Part shown: piece by piece, positions 1 through 12,550 of the stretch
Numbering within the stretch: position 1 is the first letter of the stretch
Layout of the letters: each line of letters begins with the position of its first letter
Origin: Takakia lepidozioides
Taxonomy: Eukaryota > Plantae > Bryophyta
Direction of reading: 5' to 3'
DNA: 64,000 nucleotides
Assembly (NCBI GenBank): GCA_030704615.1
Contig: CM060734.1
Coordinates: 16,058,001 to 16,122,000 of the forward strand
Notes under the pieces: model-generated
What the model was told of the DNA's origin: nothing
The model's database searches: none
Seen by the model: only the letters and a program-made list of their open reading frames with translations
Program-made: the position numbers and the translations under genes

Positions 1-2
1 TT

Positions 3-1934
3 CAGGAAGAGGGTGAGGAAGAGGACTCCGATGGAGACTTTGCAACCAGCCCACCCCCCCAAACGCAGGCTGCCTCCCCTGTGCCCACCGTTGTCACCAG
101 AGGCACGAGAACTGGCTCGGCAAAGAAGGCACTCTTCAACCCCCCAGGGGGCACCCTTTCGAGCCGGTGGAAATGAAGAGGCCGAAAGTGGCTCCCGAAA
201 CTGTAGTCCAGTGTGTAAATGAGAGTTTCTTGGCGGCTTTGGATGGACGGGCAGCCAAGTTGGCATACATGAAGACCATGGAGGGTCTGAAGGGCAGAGC
301 ACTGAAGAAGGCGACTGCCGAAGAGCCTTCCGACACCCCAGGATTTCAGAATATGGTCTCGTTCTTTGAGAGGGTGTGTGCAGACAAGGATTGTAGGAGG
401 GGCGGAAATGCCACCGAGTGGTCTTGCGATATGATCATCTTGGATATTCCGGACGGAGAGCCTGTGGAAGGACTGCAAGCTTTGCCATCTTGGAACAGGT
501 ACTCGGAGGACTTTTGGAAGAAAGGATTCGGGCTTGCCCGCATGGTGTTGGACGACAGAGGCTGTGTGGTTGTCCTGGCGAGCAGAGGAAAAAACACTCA
601 GACAGGAATTGCGAAGTGGACCCGCAAGAGCGCCGTCCCGATTCTGAAAAAGAAGTGGACGTGCATCAACACACTGGGCCTTCGGTCGGAAGGGAAGAAG
701 GTGATTACGACACTGGCACTCGTCCATTCATTTGCTTGGGTGCTTTCAAATGCGGTGCCGCATTCGGTTTCTAATCGTTTTCCCCCTGTGTATGCAGACG
801 AAGCAGTTCGATGCATACTGCTTTGTGAAGGAAAACTCCACCTTTGCTTTCCGGAAGGAGGGAGGAAAGGTTGACCCGAACTGCGACCCACTCGATTACG
901 ACGTTCTGTTCAACAACGTTCCCAAGGAACTTCTCCCTCATAGCCTCACTTCAACGGAACCCCTGCGGTACTCACGGACTCGGAGCCCTGCCTTCATTCA
1001 GACAATTATGGAGACATGCACAGACGTGGAGGGCACAGTGCTGGACCTCATCTGTGGGACAGGTATGCAGAATCTTGATCTCTGCTGTTCTGCAAATTCT
1101 CGTTAGGATGTAGTTCGCAACATCTGAAGCGCCATGTGGTAATGTGTGGATGGCATTGTAACAGGTGCCTCAATGTGGGCTGGGCGGTTTTCCGACCGGC
1201 ACCTCTTTGCCTACGAGGAGGATTCATCCGTGTGGGGATCCCATCTGGAGGGGCTGCAACGGAATGTGAAGGCTCCCGACAGAGCGGAAGTCTCCTCGGA
1301 TTCGTCGGAGTCCGAGGAAGACACAGTGGACATTGATGCAGAGGAGAACCCGGAATACGAGTGAGTGCAAACATTGTAAGTTTGCAAAGCCTTCTGGGTC
1401 ATTTATGTCAAAGGAATTTCCCGACTGTGGTTCTCATTAGTCTCGTTGATGATTGTCATGTGCAGGATTGCAGGGTCCGGGTCGAAGCATGTAGGGCCTA
1501 CACTTCCTGCCAGGAAGAATGTCCCGTTCTTTGCGAGGGCCGACTTCATGACGAGCCCGGTGAGGGACTACTCCCTTCCTAGTTATGCAGCTAAACTCGC
1601 AAATACAGCGATTAGAAGAAGTGAGAATCCCAGTAAAGTAGAGCAGATTTTGGAGAGGGCTAGGGAGGACAGAAGGATAAGGAAAGAGTTGGCAGCAGCT
1701 CAGACAGGTAGACGGGTACGAAAGTACATATGTGATTCAGCGGATGAGAGCGACGCAGACAGGGAGGAGGACGACCCAACGGAGGTGAGATGGACAGTTC
1801 CGCAAGGGGAAGATGGGATTTTTGAAAGCCTGGCCAACGAGCAGTCCGCTGGAGATGAGAGAGGCACTGAGGGGGTGGAGGAGGAGCAGGACAGTCTAGA
1901 ACAGGATGAGGATTCCGATGATTTTCAAGATTAA
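3..1934 (+). CDS. Spliced beta-class N4/N6 DNA amino-methyltransferase-like protein, 5'-truncated by window edge, one apparent frameshift near 140-150
   Basis: GT-AG introns 701-797, 1063-1164 and 1361-1465 join four ORF pieces in frame. Motif IV-like CDMIILDIPDG precedes motif X/I-like RSPAFIQTIMETCTDVEGTVLDLICGTGASMWAGRFSDRHLFAYEED, the order seen in N6_N4_Mtase enzymes. Acidic C-terminal tail. Confidence 0.72.
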
Positions 1935-2122
1935 TAGAATTTTAATGAAGTCTCTGTAAATGTAAATTCTCTTCCAGAGTATATAAAGAAAATTCTGCCC
2001 GACATTCGTGACCCCTCTCCAGTGTGCATTCCAGCCAAACAATCGCCCAAACCAGGACGCTCCCAAAATCAGAAATGGGTCAGGGCATTTCCAAAATTTT
2101 GGCAACTCTAAGAACCTCTTTT

Positions 2123-2880
2123 GGAAATGCGGCACCGCATTTCCAAAACAGGGGAGGGACTAATTTTTCCATTTCAATGTTGGCATAGTAAAAAGTAATC
2201 TGAATTGGGAATGCGGTGCCGCATTTCCAAAATTTCCTTTGTCCACACGCCAGTTTTGGCCTCTCCCGCTCATTGCATGGATGCCACCACGCTTACAGAG
2301 GTCGAACAAGGAGGTCGAACAAGGAGGCCGACATGGCGGGATTGGAAATGCGGTGCCGCATTTCCATATTGGGGATGGTGGTTGTTCGAACTGCAGACCC
2401 ATCAACAAAAACTGGCACCGCATTCCATTGTAAAAAAAAAGTCGATGACGGACATGGAAATGCGGCGCCGCATTTCCAGAACGGACATCGCAATTTGTCA
2501 ATTTGCAGACCCTCTCTCGGAAATGCGGTAACGCATTCCATCGCGCTGGTCGGAAATAGGTGCACTTTTCGAAGTGTTGGACGGAAATGCGGCACCGCAT
2601 TCCCTTGTCCAAAAAGAAGTTTCCATTGCCAAGCTGGAAATGCGTCGCCGCATTTGCAATGCCAACCTCGTTTTCTGATCAATTTATAGACCCGTGTTGG
2701 TATTTCGTGTACCTGGACGGAAATGATGCACCGCATTTTCTTGTCCCACATGGAAATGCGGTGCCGCATTTCGATGTCCGACATGGAAATGCGGTGCCGA
2801 ATTTCGATGCCGACATGGAAATGCGGCGCCACATTTCCATGCCGACATGGAAATGCGGTGCCGCATTTCAATGTCCGACA
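2123..2880. repeat. Array of ~13 palindromes GGAAATGCGG(CG/TG/CA)CCGCATTTCC, last four in ~32-bp tandem units
   Basis: Directly visible. Extra copies in intron 1 (~748) and at ~3230. Confidence 0.95.
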
Positions 2881-3284
2881 TGGCGTTACTCTGGTATATT
2901 CTTGACACATGACTCACATACCGGTTACTCTGCTTTATTCAACCAGACAGACAAATTGTAGAAATGAGACATCAAATTGTAAACAGTGGGCCAAATCCGA
3001 GAGTTATTCAACACAATGAAACACAGTCATACAGAAGTGAGGTACATTCCAGGGCACACTCCAGGGCACATTTAAATTTCCCCCGTACAGGATCCTGGAC
3101 CGATGAAGATTGGCTGCTGCATGAATGTAGCCGTTTCAGTTTCCTACCCTGCCATGCAAACTATGGGCAGTCACTGCCAGGTGGGCCGATAGCCACTGGA
3201 CACGACGAAGTCCATCCCCTCTTCGATGTAAATGCGGCGCCGAATTTCCATCCGGGGGGATGGACTTCGGTGGCAGATCTCAAA

Positions 3285-3863
3285 CTATAACTTGTTGATG
3301 AGAAAGATGTATGGCTTCATCCACCGCTGGCGTGATGAACACGTTCCACCTCCGTCGGTGGGTACGTGTGACCCAGATGCTCCATTTTGGAGGCCGGACT
3401 GCTCTTCCGCTTCGTATCTTTTCCAAAATCTAAGGGCTTCGTAGCTGTCCGCAAGGTCATCGGCATCCAAGTCGTCCTCAGGTCCTCCATTGCAAGGATG
3501 CCGTGCTTCCGGAACCGGGACGACTGCCCCTTTGGAGGCATCGATTATGCAATGTATTCGGCCACATCGGGAGACATTGTTATCTGGTACACAGATTACA
3601 CAGAAGATACTGGTTCGATTGTGGAAACATTGGTGGCTTTTGAGTATATCGTAGGCCACTACGCCTTCGAGCGGGGTGACGATCTTGGTTTGAGGAGTCC
3701 GTGGCTCCTGCGCATCCTCGATTCCGATTTTCCCAGCTACGACGGTCACCCATGCAGAAGAAGGCGCACTGCTATGCTGTTGCGGTGGAACTGCTGCCAC
3801 TGGACGTGGGTGGACTCCATCGGAAGACCTATTCTCCTCGAGGAGTGCGCTCCTCTTCTCCAT
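3285..3863 (-). CDS. Hypothetical ORF inside the transposon arm
   Basis: 192-aa ORF with no recognised motif. A competing + strand ORF overlaps it. Confidence 0.25.
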   Translation of the reverse strand: MEKRSALLEENRSSDGVHPRPVAAVPPQQHSSAPSSAWVTVVAGKIGIEDAQEPRTPQTKIVTPLEGVVAYDILKSHQCFHNRTSIFCVICVPDNNVSRCGRIHCIIDASKGAVVPVPEARHPCNGGPEDDLDADDLADSYEALRFWKRYEAEEQSGLQNGASGSHVPTDGGGTCSSRQRWMKPYIFLINKL

Positions 3864-4439
3864 TGTATGGGGACATTCGCATTGGTGTGGACGACGAAAA
3901 CGTGAAGATTTCCATATTCGATGGTGGTATGATTGAAGGGCAGGACATTGTGGTGAACATCACTAGGGGCGGTACAACGGCTGCAATCGACTTTACATGG
4001 AGGAGCCCCAGGACTCATGAGCTAGTTCTGAGAGCAGTCGAAGTCCCATTGACAACGTGACTTGTATTCAGTAGGCACAGGGCTCAAGATTTTAGGGCAC
4101 AATCAGCACAGTAGACGTGCTTCAAATGCAATTCATGTGGATCAATAAAAACCTCATTGTGCCCTCTTTTTATTCTATTCTGTGTCCATTGTTCCGAGAA
4201 TGCGTCATTGCTCATTTCGTTTGGGATTGGGAGTGTGGGTGAATTTTGCAAATGGCTGGTAGGCTGAAATGGGCCCCCATTGTACAGAGCAATACCACCC
4301 TACCATTCGCGAAACATTGCCTTTCAATATATAATTCTAAATAACATTGCCGAACCTCCTTCATCGGGAGGTCCTTCTCCCCCTATGACCGTGGCACCCT
4401 AAACCCTATTCCCGCGGACACTCATTTCCGGAAAATAGT

Positions 4440-4517
4440 GCTGCTCATGTTTTTTTCCACACTTACGACTCTGCTCATGGCTCATGCCGCTCATGGCTCA
4501 TGGCTCATGAAATAGCA
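4440..4517 (-). repeat. Terminal inverted repeat with CATGAGC subrepeats
   Basis: Reverse complement TGCTATTTCATGAGC(CATGAGC)nAGAGTCGTAA..CATGAGCAG matches 30599-30670. Confidence 0.8.
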
Positions 4518-4524
4518 GCCCCCC

Positions 4525-4966
4525 GAATCTTGCCTCAAAGCCCTCTCCAAATCCAAAGCCCCAGGCCCCGATCTTATACCAAACACCATACTACAAGCAC
4601 TTGACCCGCAGCTGCACCACCTCCTCTTCAAATTCTTCCAACTCTGCTATCGATTACAACATATCCCGCACTCCTGGAAACATAGCCGTACCATTCTCCT
4701 ATTCAAGAAAGGCGACCCTACAGATCTCACTAATTACAGACCCATAGCACTTGCTAACACTATCTACAAGCTATTCACCAGCACGCTCACCACAATGCTA
4801 TCAAGTTATGGCGAACAACATCGCATCCTTAATGACCCCCAAGAGGGCTTCCGAGCCACAAGAAGTACAACCCGACAAATACAATATATTGTTATCTCCG
4901 CACTAGAAGACGGTAAACTTACAAAACAAGATATATATCTTCTCTACATTGACTTTAAAAATGCAT
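4525..4966 (+). mobile_element. LINE reverse transcriptase fragment (same family as 24833-30598)
   Basis: Encodes KAPGPD..FKKGDPTDLTNYRPIALANTIYKLF..QEGFR..IDFKNA. Near-identical in parts to 30100-30372 on the minus strand. Confidence 0.9.
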
Positions 4967-4989
4967 AGGAAATACTACTGTTTCCACTT

Positions 4990-7900
4990 GCAACAATTGA
5001 CCATCTACTCCAGCTGATTTCTTGTAGCTATTGATCCCTCAGCCTGAACCTAAACATGAATTTGGACCTCTATCCCTGGTCCCTCAGCTATCCCTGCCCG
5101 TGTATAGATCATGAATACATCCCTCAGCCTTGCTGCTAGCAGCTGACACTGACGGCGTGAAGTTCTTCCAGAAAACACCCCAACCCTATTTAATAGTAGT
5201 TCCAATTCTGAATTGCAACTGCTTCTCTCTGTAGTCGAACAAGCACTCACCTTTTTGTCTCCATTGTCCCCCCACTGACTGGGGTCGGAAAAGTGTTCAT
5301 TCCAAAGCTTCTCTTCATCTTGTTATCTGTTTTTGGGTATTTTCCTGTTGCCACATCAGCAGTAACTTGTCAAAGTCACTCCAAACCACCCCACATCCAC
5401 CCAAAGAGCTAACTTACAGCATTCAATATGTAAATTCAGGGCTGAGTCTGATGAGAGGGCAAAATAGGCTGAAATAGGTCGAAGAAGAAGGTGCCCTCAC
5501 CAAATTGTCCTCGACCTTGTGTCATGACCCATGGAGGATTTGACTGACCATGCACCCAAGAGGACCTCTTGTGTGTGCGAGGTGTGTGCTGCTTCCACAG
5601 GGAACTGTAGGCGATTTGGAGCTTGAAATCCGGCTCTCTTGGATGAATCTGGACCCACACCTCCCTACTCCTTCAGCTATCCATGCCTCTGCACAAATCA
5701 TGCATACATCCTTGCCTTGATGCTAGCAGCTGACAATAACACCCTAGAATTGTTCCAGTAAACACCCCAACCCTATCTATTGCACTAGTTCCTATGCTGA
5801 CTTTCGTCTGCTTCCAACAGGCATTCACCTTTTTGCCTGGATTGTTCCACCATTGAATGGGGTCGGAAACGTATTCATTCCAGAGCTTCTCCACATCTCT
5901 ATTATCTGTTTTTCAATACTTTCATGTCGACCACATTGGCAGTAACATATCAAAATGACTCCAACACCACCATAGATCCACCAACGAGCTAACTTGCATA
6001 ATTCAACATGAAAATTTAGGGATGACTCTGATAGTAGGGGGAAACATGGTGAAATATGTTGAAGAAGGTACCGTCATTAGCAGTGGGCCTTGTTCTATCA
6101 ATTGTGTTGCTGCCGTTGTTGTTTCGAGTTGACCATCTACCCACTTGTAGCCGCTGTGCTATTGAAGAAGGTGCCCCCCTTCCCCCAATCATTTGATCGT
6201 AGGTCTCCAAAGCCTCCATACCATGTCCCTGCTATGCATACCCTGCAAGCATCGCGTTCCATGACACCACATTTGGTTCAGCCATAGTGTTGATAATTCC
6301 CTTCGCATCCTTAATGCACCCACATTTGGCATCCACTGGCAGGGCAGTGTTCAGGATGACATCTGGTATAATTCCAACTTTGATGATGTCACCATGGACC
6401 TCTTTCCCTTTTTCCAGAGGTCCCAGGCTTGCATACGCATTGCAAACATGCGAAGCGTGACGTGGTTGGGCTTCACCCCTTTGCACAACATTTGCTCATA
6501 GGTCTCCAAAGCATTCCTACCACACCCATGCTTGGTAAATCCTGCATTATATTGGATCCACGTGATCAAAGATCGTTGAGGCATTCTGTAGAAATCTTGG
6601 CGAGCATCCATGATGCTCCCGCACTTGACATACATGTTCACAAGGGTGTCGAGTAAAAAAAAACATTTGGCATGAATCCACTTTGGATAATGTGAGTGTG
6701 CACCTGATTCCAGCTTCCAGACCTAGAGCCTTTGTCAGTCTGCCTGCCTCACAAAGCATCTTCACATGCCCCGCAGAAGAGGCATTGTGGACTCCCTCTC
6801 TTGATCCTCTTTCAGAAGCTGCGGTCATGGTTGAGGTGCCTGATTTTATCAACTGTGCCGCTGCAGCTACTGCCTTTAGTTGACCATCTACCCATTTAGG
6901 TTTCTTGTAGCTATTGATCCACATGGAATCATAGGTAATTTGGAGCTTGAAGTTCGGCCCTCTTGGATGAATCTGGACCCACACTTTATCCCTTCTCCTT
7001 CAGCTATCCATGCCTCTGCACAAATCATGCATTCATCTTTGCCCTTGCTGCTAGCAGCTGACAATGACAACCTAGGAAACACCCAATCATACTAGTTCCT
7101 ATGCTTAATTTGTCTTCTACTCTCTGTCATCTAATAGGCATTCAACTTTTTGCCTCGGTTGTCCCACCATTCACTGGGGTCAACAAAGTATTCATTCCAC
7201 ACCTTCTCCTCATCTCTCTTATCTGTTTTGGATACTTTCATGCTGCCACATCGGCAGTTACATGGCATAGTCATTCCAAACCACCACAGATCCACCCAAC
7301 GAGCTAATTTGCAGAATTCAATATTCATCTCAGGGCCGAGTCTGATGAGAGGGCAAAACAGACTGAAATAGGTCGAATAAGAAGGTGCCCTCACCACATT
7401 GTCCTTGACAATTCAATATGCATCTCAGGGCCGAGTCTGATGAGAGGGAAAAACAGGCTGAAATAGGTCGAAGAAGAAGATGCCCTCACCACATTCTCCA
7501 AGGCCTCCATACCACGCCCCTGCTGTGCACCCTGCAAGCATCATGTTCCACGTGATGAAAGATCGTTGAGGCATTATGTTGAACACTTGGTGAGCATCCA
7601 TGATGCTCCCGCACATAACATACATGTTGACAAGGGTGTTGAGTAGAAAAATATTTGGCGTGCACTTTGGATAATGTGAGTGTGCACCTGCTTTCCAGCT
7701 TCAAGGCCTTTCATCTTGATGCACTTATGCAAGAGACAGACATAAGTATCTGAATCTGCTGAAATGCCTCCTTGGTTTAAAGTCAGTAGAGCCTCTTTCA
7801 GTCTGCCTGCCTCACAAAGTATCTTCACATGCCCATAAGTGCCAGAAGAGGCATTGTGGACTCCCTCTCTTGATCCTCTTCTAGAATTGTGGTCATGGTT

Positions 7901-10620
7901 GAGGTGCCTGATTTTATCAACTGTGCCGCTGCAGCTGTTGCCTTTGGCGATGCAGCCCTGCACCTCTTTGCATCTGGTAATCTGACAGGCATTCACCTTG
8001 GTACAATTCCAGCTCTGAAGATATCGGCATGGACCTCTTTCCCTTTTCCAAAGCTGCCAGAGCAGTGTTCAGATTGACATTTGGAACAATTCTAGCTTTG
8101 ATGATATCCCCATGCACCTCTTTGTCCTTCTCCAGGCCGGCTGCCAGGCTTGCACAAGCATTGCAAATGCACATAAACATGATATGCTTCCCCCATCATT
8201 TGCTCATAGGTCTCCAAAGCCTCCATCCCACATCCCTGCTGTGCATACCCTGCAAGCATCGCACTCCATGACACCACATCTCGTTCAGCCATAGTGTCGA
8301 ACACTCCCTTTGCATCCTAGATGCACCCACATTTTCCAAACATGTCCACCAGGGTATTGTTTAGAATGTCATCTGGTACAATTCCAGCTCTGAAGATGTC
8401 GCCATGCACCTCTTTCCCCTTTTCCAAAGCTGCCTGGGCAGTGTTCCGATTGACATTTGGCACAATTTCAGCTTTGATGATATCCACATGCACCTCTTGC
8501 CCTTCTCCAGGGCTGCCAGGCTTGCACAAGCATTGCAAATGCACACAAACATGATGTGCCCCCATCATTTGCTCATAGGTCTCCAAAGCCTCCATCCCAC
8601 GTCCCTGTCGTGCATACCCTGCAAGCATCGCACTCCACAACACCACATCTCGTTCAGCCATAGTGTCGAACACTCCCTTTGCATCCTAGATGCACCCACA
8701 TTTTGCAAACATGTCCACCAGGGGATTGTTTAGAATGACATCTGGTACAATTCCAGCTCTGAAGATGTCGCCATGCACCTCTTTCCCCTTTTCCAAAGCT
8801 GCCAAGGCAGTGTTCAGATTGACATTTGGCACAATTCCAGCTTTGATGATATCCCCATGCACCTCTTTGCCCTTCTCCAGGACTGCCAGGCTGCACAAGC
8901 ATTGCAAATGCACACAAACATGATGTGCTTCCCCCATCATTTGCTCATAGGTCTCCAAAGCCTCCATCCCACGTCCCTGCCGTGCATACCCTGCAAGCAT
9001 CGCACTCCATGACACCACATCTCGTTCAACCATAGTGTCAAACACTCCCTTTGCATCCTAGATGCACTCGCATTTTGCAAACATGTCCACCAGGGTATTG
9101 TTCAGAATGACATCTGGTACAGTTCCAGCTCTGAAGATGTCGCCATGCACCTCTTTTCCCTTTTCCAGAGCAGCCAGGGCATTGTTTAGAATGACATTTG
9201 GTACAATTCCAGCTTTGATGATATCCCCATGCACCTCTTTGCCCTTGTCCAGGGCTCGATGCACCCACATTTTGCATACATGTCCACCAGGGTATGGTTC
9301 AGAATGACATTTGGTACAATTCCAGCTCTGAAGATGTCGCCATGGATCTCTTTCCCCTTTTCCAGAGCTGCCAGGGTAGTGTTCATAATGGCATTTGGTA
9401 CAATTCCAGCTTTGATGATATCCCCATGCACCTCTTTGCCCTTGTCCCAAGTTGCCAGGCTTGCACAAGCATTGCAAATGCACACAAACATGATGTGGCC
9501 GGGATTAACCCCTTCCCCCATCATGTGATCATAGGTCTCCAAAGCCTCCATCCCATGTCCCTGTTGTGCATACCCCGCCCGCATCGCACTCCATGACACC
9601 ACATCTCGTTCAACCATAGTGTCGAAAACTCCCTTTGCATCCGCAATGCATCCACATTTGGCATACATGTCCAGGTCAAGGCAATGTTTAGAATGACATC
9701 TGGTGCAATTCCAGCTTTGACCGATGTCACCATGGACCTCTTTCCCCTTTCCAGGCTTGCACACGCATTGCAAACACAAACAAACGTGATGTGGTTGGGC
9801 TTCGCGCATCATTTGCTCACAGGTCTCCAAAGCATTCGTACCATGCCCATGCTTGGTAATCCTGCCAACATTATATTCCATGTGATCAAAGATCGTTGAG
9901 GCATTCTGTGTTGAACACTTGGTGATCATCCATGATGCTCCCCTTAACATACATATTGACAAGGGTGTTGAGTAGAAAAACGTTCGGCGTGAATCCACTT
10001 TGGACAATGTGAGAGTGCACATGCTCCAACTTCCAGGCCTTTCATCTTGATGCACTTATGCAAGAAACACACATACGTATCTACATCTGCTGAAATGCCT
10101 CCTTGGTGTAAAGTCTGTAGAGCCTCTTTCAGTCTGCCTGCCTCAGAAAGCATCTTGATCACATGCCCATAAGTGCCAGAAGAGGCATTGTGGACTCCCT
10201 CTCTTGATCCTCTTCCAGAAGCTGTGGTCATGGTTGAGGTGCTTGAATTTATCAATTGTGCTGCTACAGCTGCCGCTTCCAGCTGACCATCTACCCATGG
10301 AGGTTTTCTTGTAGCTATCCTTCCACAGGGAACCATAGGTAATCTGGAGCTTGAAATCCGACCCTCTTGGATGAATATGGACCCACACTCTATCCTGCTC
10401 CTTCAGCTATCACTGCCTCTGCACAAATCATGCATACATCCTTGCCTTGCTGCCAATGCGATCATCGCACTCCATGACACCACATCTCATTGAGCCACAG
10501 TCGAACACTACCTTCGCATCTTCAATGCTCCCGCATTTGGCATACATGTCCACCAGGGCGGTGTTCAGAATGACAAACCCTATAATTCCAGCTTTCACGA
10601 TGTCACCATGGACCTTCCAT
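4990..10620 (-). pseudogene. Tandemly amplified, frameshifted PLS-class PPR gene fragments with OSB-type PDF-motif exons
   Basis: Repeated LNTALVDMYAKCGSIEDA, VFDTMAERDVVSWSAMLAGYAQQG and ALEKGKEVHGDIIKAG motifs, plus WWDNRGKK|IHPRGPDFKLQ exons. Many stops and frameshifts. Confidence 0.92.
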
Positions 10621-10742
10621 GTCACTTCCAGGTGGAGGCACTACATATTAAAATATGCAAGCCCCCAAGGCCAGATTTTGTTTGCCTCTTCTTGTGAAAC
10701 ACACGTCAACAAATGTGCCCCTAAGCACGGGTGCAATCAATG

Positions 10743-11089
10743 CGCAGTGGTTCATGGAGTTGTTGAGTCGACTACATATTGACTTTAATGAATAAATATG
10801 TTTATTCCATTAATCAAATTCGGAATGTAAATTTATAGTCGCATGTGCAGTAATTAGAACCACTTGTATTTTTCGCTTTTTAAAATTTTATGTATTTACA
10901 TAATTAATTAAATAGCTGCGATTATTGCTACGACTCATTGACCCAACTTCTATCCGCCATCTGAAATGCCCCTGTGGGCCTTCATTGTCCGTTTCGACTC
11001 TCTAGTAGTCCAGTGTACTGCCAAGTGGTTCCCGAAGTGGTTGGCGGACACCCAGTCGATTTGGAAAAGACACGAATGCTTCTAGTGTA
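10743..11089 (+). repeat. ~350-bp dispersed repeat, copy 1 (probable non-autonomous TE end)
   Basis: Reverse-complement match to 20944-21297. Confidence 0.85.
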
Positions 11090-11922
11090 CATGTCTACTG
11101 AGGGTTGCCTGCATGGAGAGGGGTCAGTGGGACACGTGTGCCACTTCAGATGTGACATGTGGCAAATGGACAGAATATATATGACTCGCATATATGACTA
11201 CTTATCTTTACAGGTGGCAAAACATGGATAAAGAATGTCGTGTCATATAATGTCACGTGTCCTAATTTGAGCAGGTATGATTGACACGTGTCATCAAGAG
11301 GTTTTTTTAATAATTTTTTATTGTTTTTTAATTTAATAATTTATCTTAAAATATAAATTGATTATATACTTAAATCCTTCATTACATTGTGAAAATTCCA
11401 ATATAAAACAAAATGGAACCGAGTATTTTTCTGCATATGGCAACGTACACAAAGAGAATCAAAATAGAGAGCTAGAGGGGAATACAAGCCCTGTAAATCA
11501 TATTACCAAAATCCAAATGAGAGAAATGTCTCAATGGACACCTCAAAGGCTACAATGTCCAAAAATGCAAGCCTCAAAGGCTACTTGAAGCGAAAAATAA
11601 CCAAGCCCACACATGGGCTCAAGTGTTGTAGTACTACTACAGTTCTAGTACTATCAAGGACCCTATTTACAAATAACCAGTGCAATCCAATGCTTTGCGT
11701 ATTTGGGACACTACAACAAAATCTGGACAGGATTAGCATTCCTAGCATTGGGAAATAAAGGACTTCAAGACTTTCACAGGGGTGTCCTCCAATCAACCAG
11801 GAAGACTCCGAGGTCAGTGAACATCCAGCAGCGCCGCATCACAGGATAGGTGTTCTAATGATGATCCCAGAGCCAAGGCTTTTCTTTGTAGTGGTTTTGA
11901 ATCTTAGATGAGAAACACATAC

Positions 11923-12023
11923 CACTCCAGTCGTTCATCAAAACAAACCCAAATATGTGGTCCAGGGCTCCATCCACACTCACCAGGGTTGCCCAGCTCA
12001 TTCCTGGGACCCACAAACACGGC
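11923..12023 (-). pseudogene. FAH: Orphan exon of fumarylacetoacetase
   Basis: AG|[33 protein letters not shown]|GT with a 1-nt frameshift. MNDWS is the FAH signature region. Confidence 0.75.
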
Positions 12024-12440
12024 CTGCATTCCACTGGCAGTGATGTATGCCCATAACTGAAGGATCTTGTAATATCTTTCTCATTAATTGATGAAGCTCA
12101 GTGCACTCTGCCAACCGTATGTTTGGGGGAGAGCATTCTAACCTCCTAAACCCTGAATGGTGGTGTTTGCTCAGGAAATGCCTGTTGGTGAAGCAGATAA
12201 ACGGAGCTCAGTATTGGAAGCCTTGCACGGGAATGTTCCTTGGAAGGCAGATATCGACATTAGATCATGTAGGAGGGGCTGCAAGCACCAGGAACTGGAT
12301 TGGAAGTTACACATGTGCTATTGTCACACTAGTTATATGAAACATTCATTGTTCCATATAGCCACCCGTTTAACCCACCATTTAGGTTCTGAGAGATTAT
12401 TGCACACACGAGTTGTTGAGCAAGCTCTGTGGCATGGCAG

Positions 12441-12550
12441 GTGTATCACTATGGCTATTTTGATAGCCCAGAGTCAGACAAAGTACCAACTTTTCAAGGG
12501 CAGGAGGTCATGGTTCTTGTAGATAGTGACCGGCGCACATTCAATTCCAG
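12441..12550 (+). pseudogene. Orphan exon of AlaX-like alanyl-tRNA editing protein
   Basis: AG|VYHYGYFDSPESDKVPTFQGQEVMVLVDSDRRTFNSR|GT resembles the segment before LHSAGHL in plant AlaX proteins. Confidence 0.6.

Larger units (their letters stand above)
1..4517. mobile_element. Right arm of a large MULE-like DNA transposon (cargo arm), left part outside window
   Basis: Ends in ...GCTCATGAAATAGCA (4517), the reverse complement of the terminus TGCTATTTCATGAGC at 30599 that bounds the MULE transposase. Both arms carry related 22-bp palindrome arrays. Confidence 0.7.

Noticed and set aside
2160-2961. Overlapping ORFs with MEMRRRIS/WKCGAAFP repeats (also 30712-31373 and 35093-36350)
   Set aside because: Translation artefacts of stop-free palindromic repeats.
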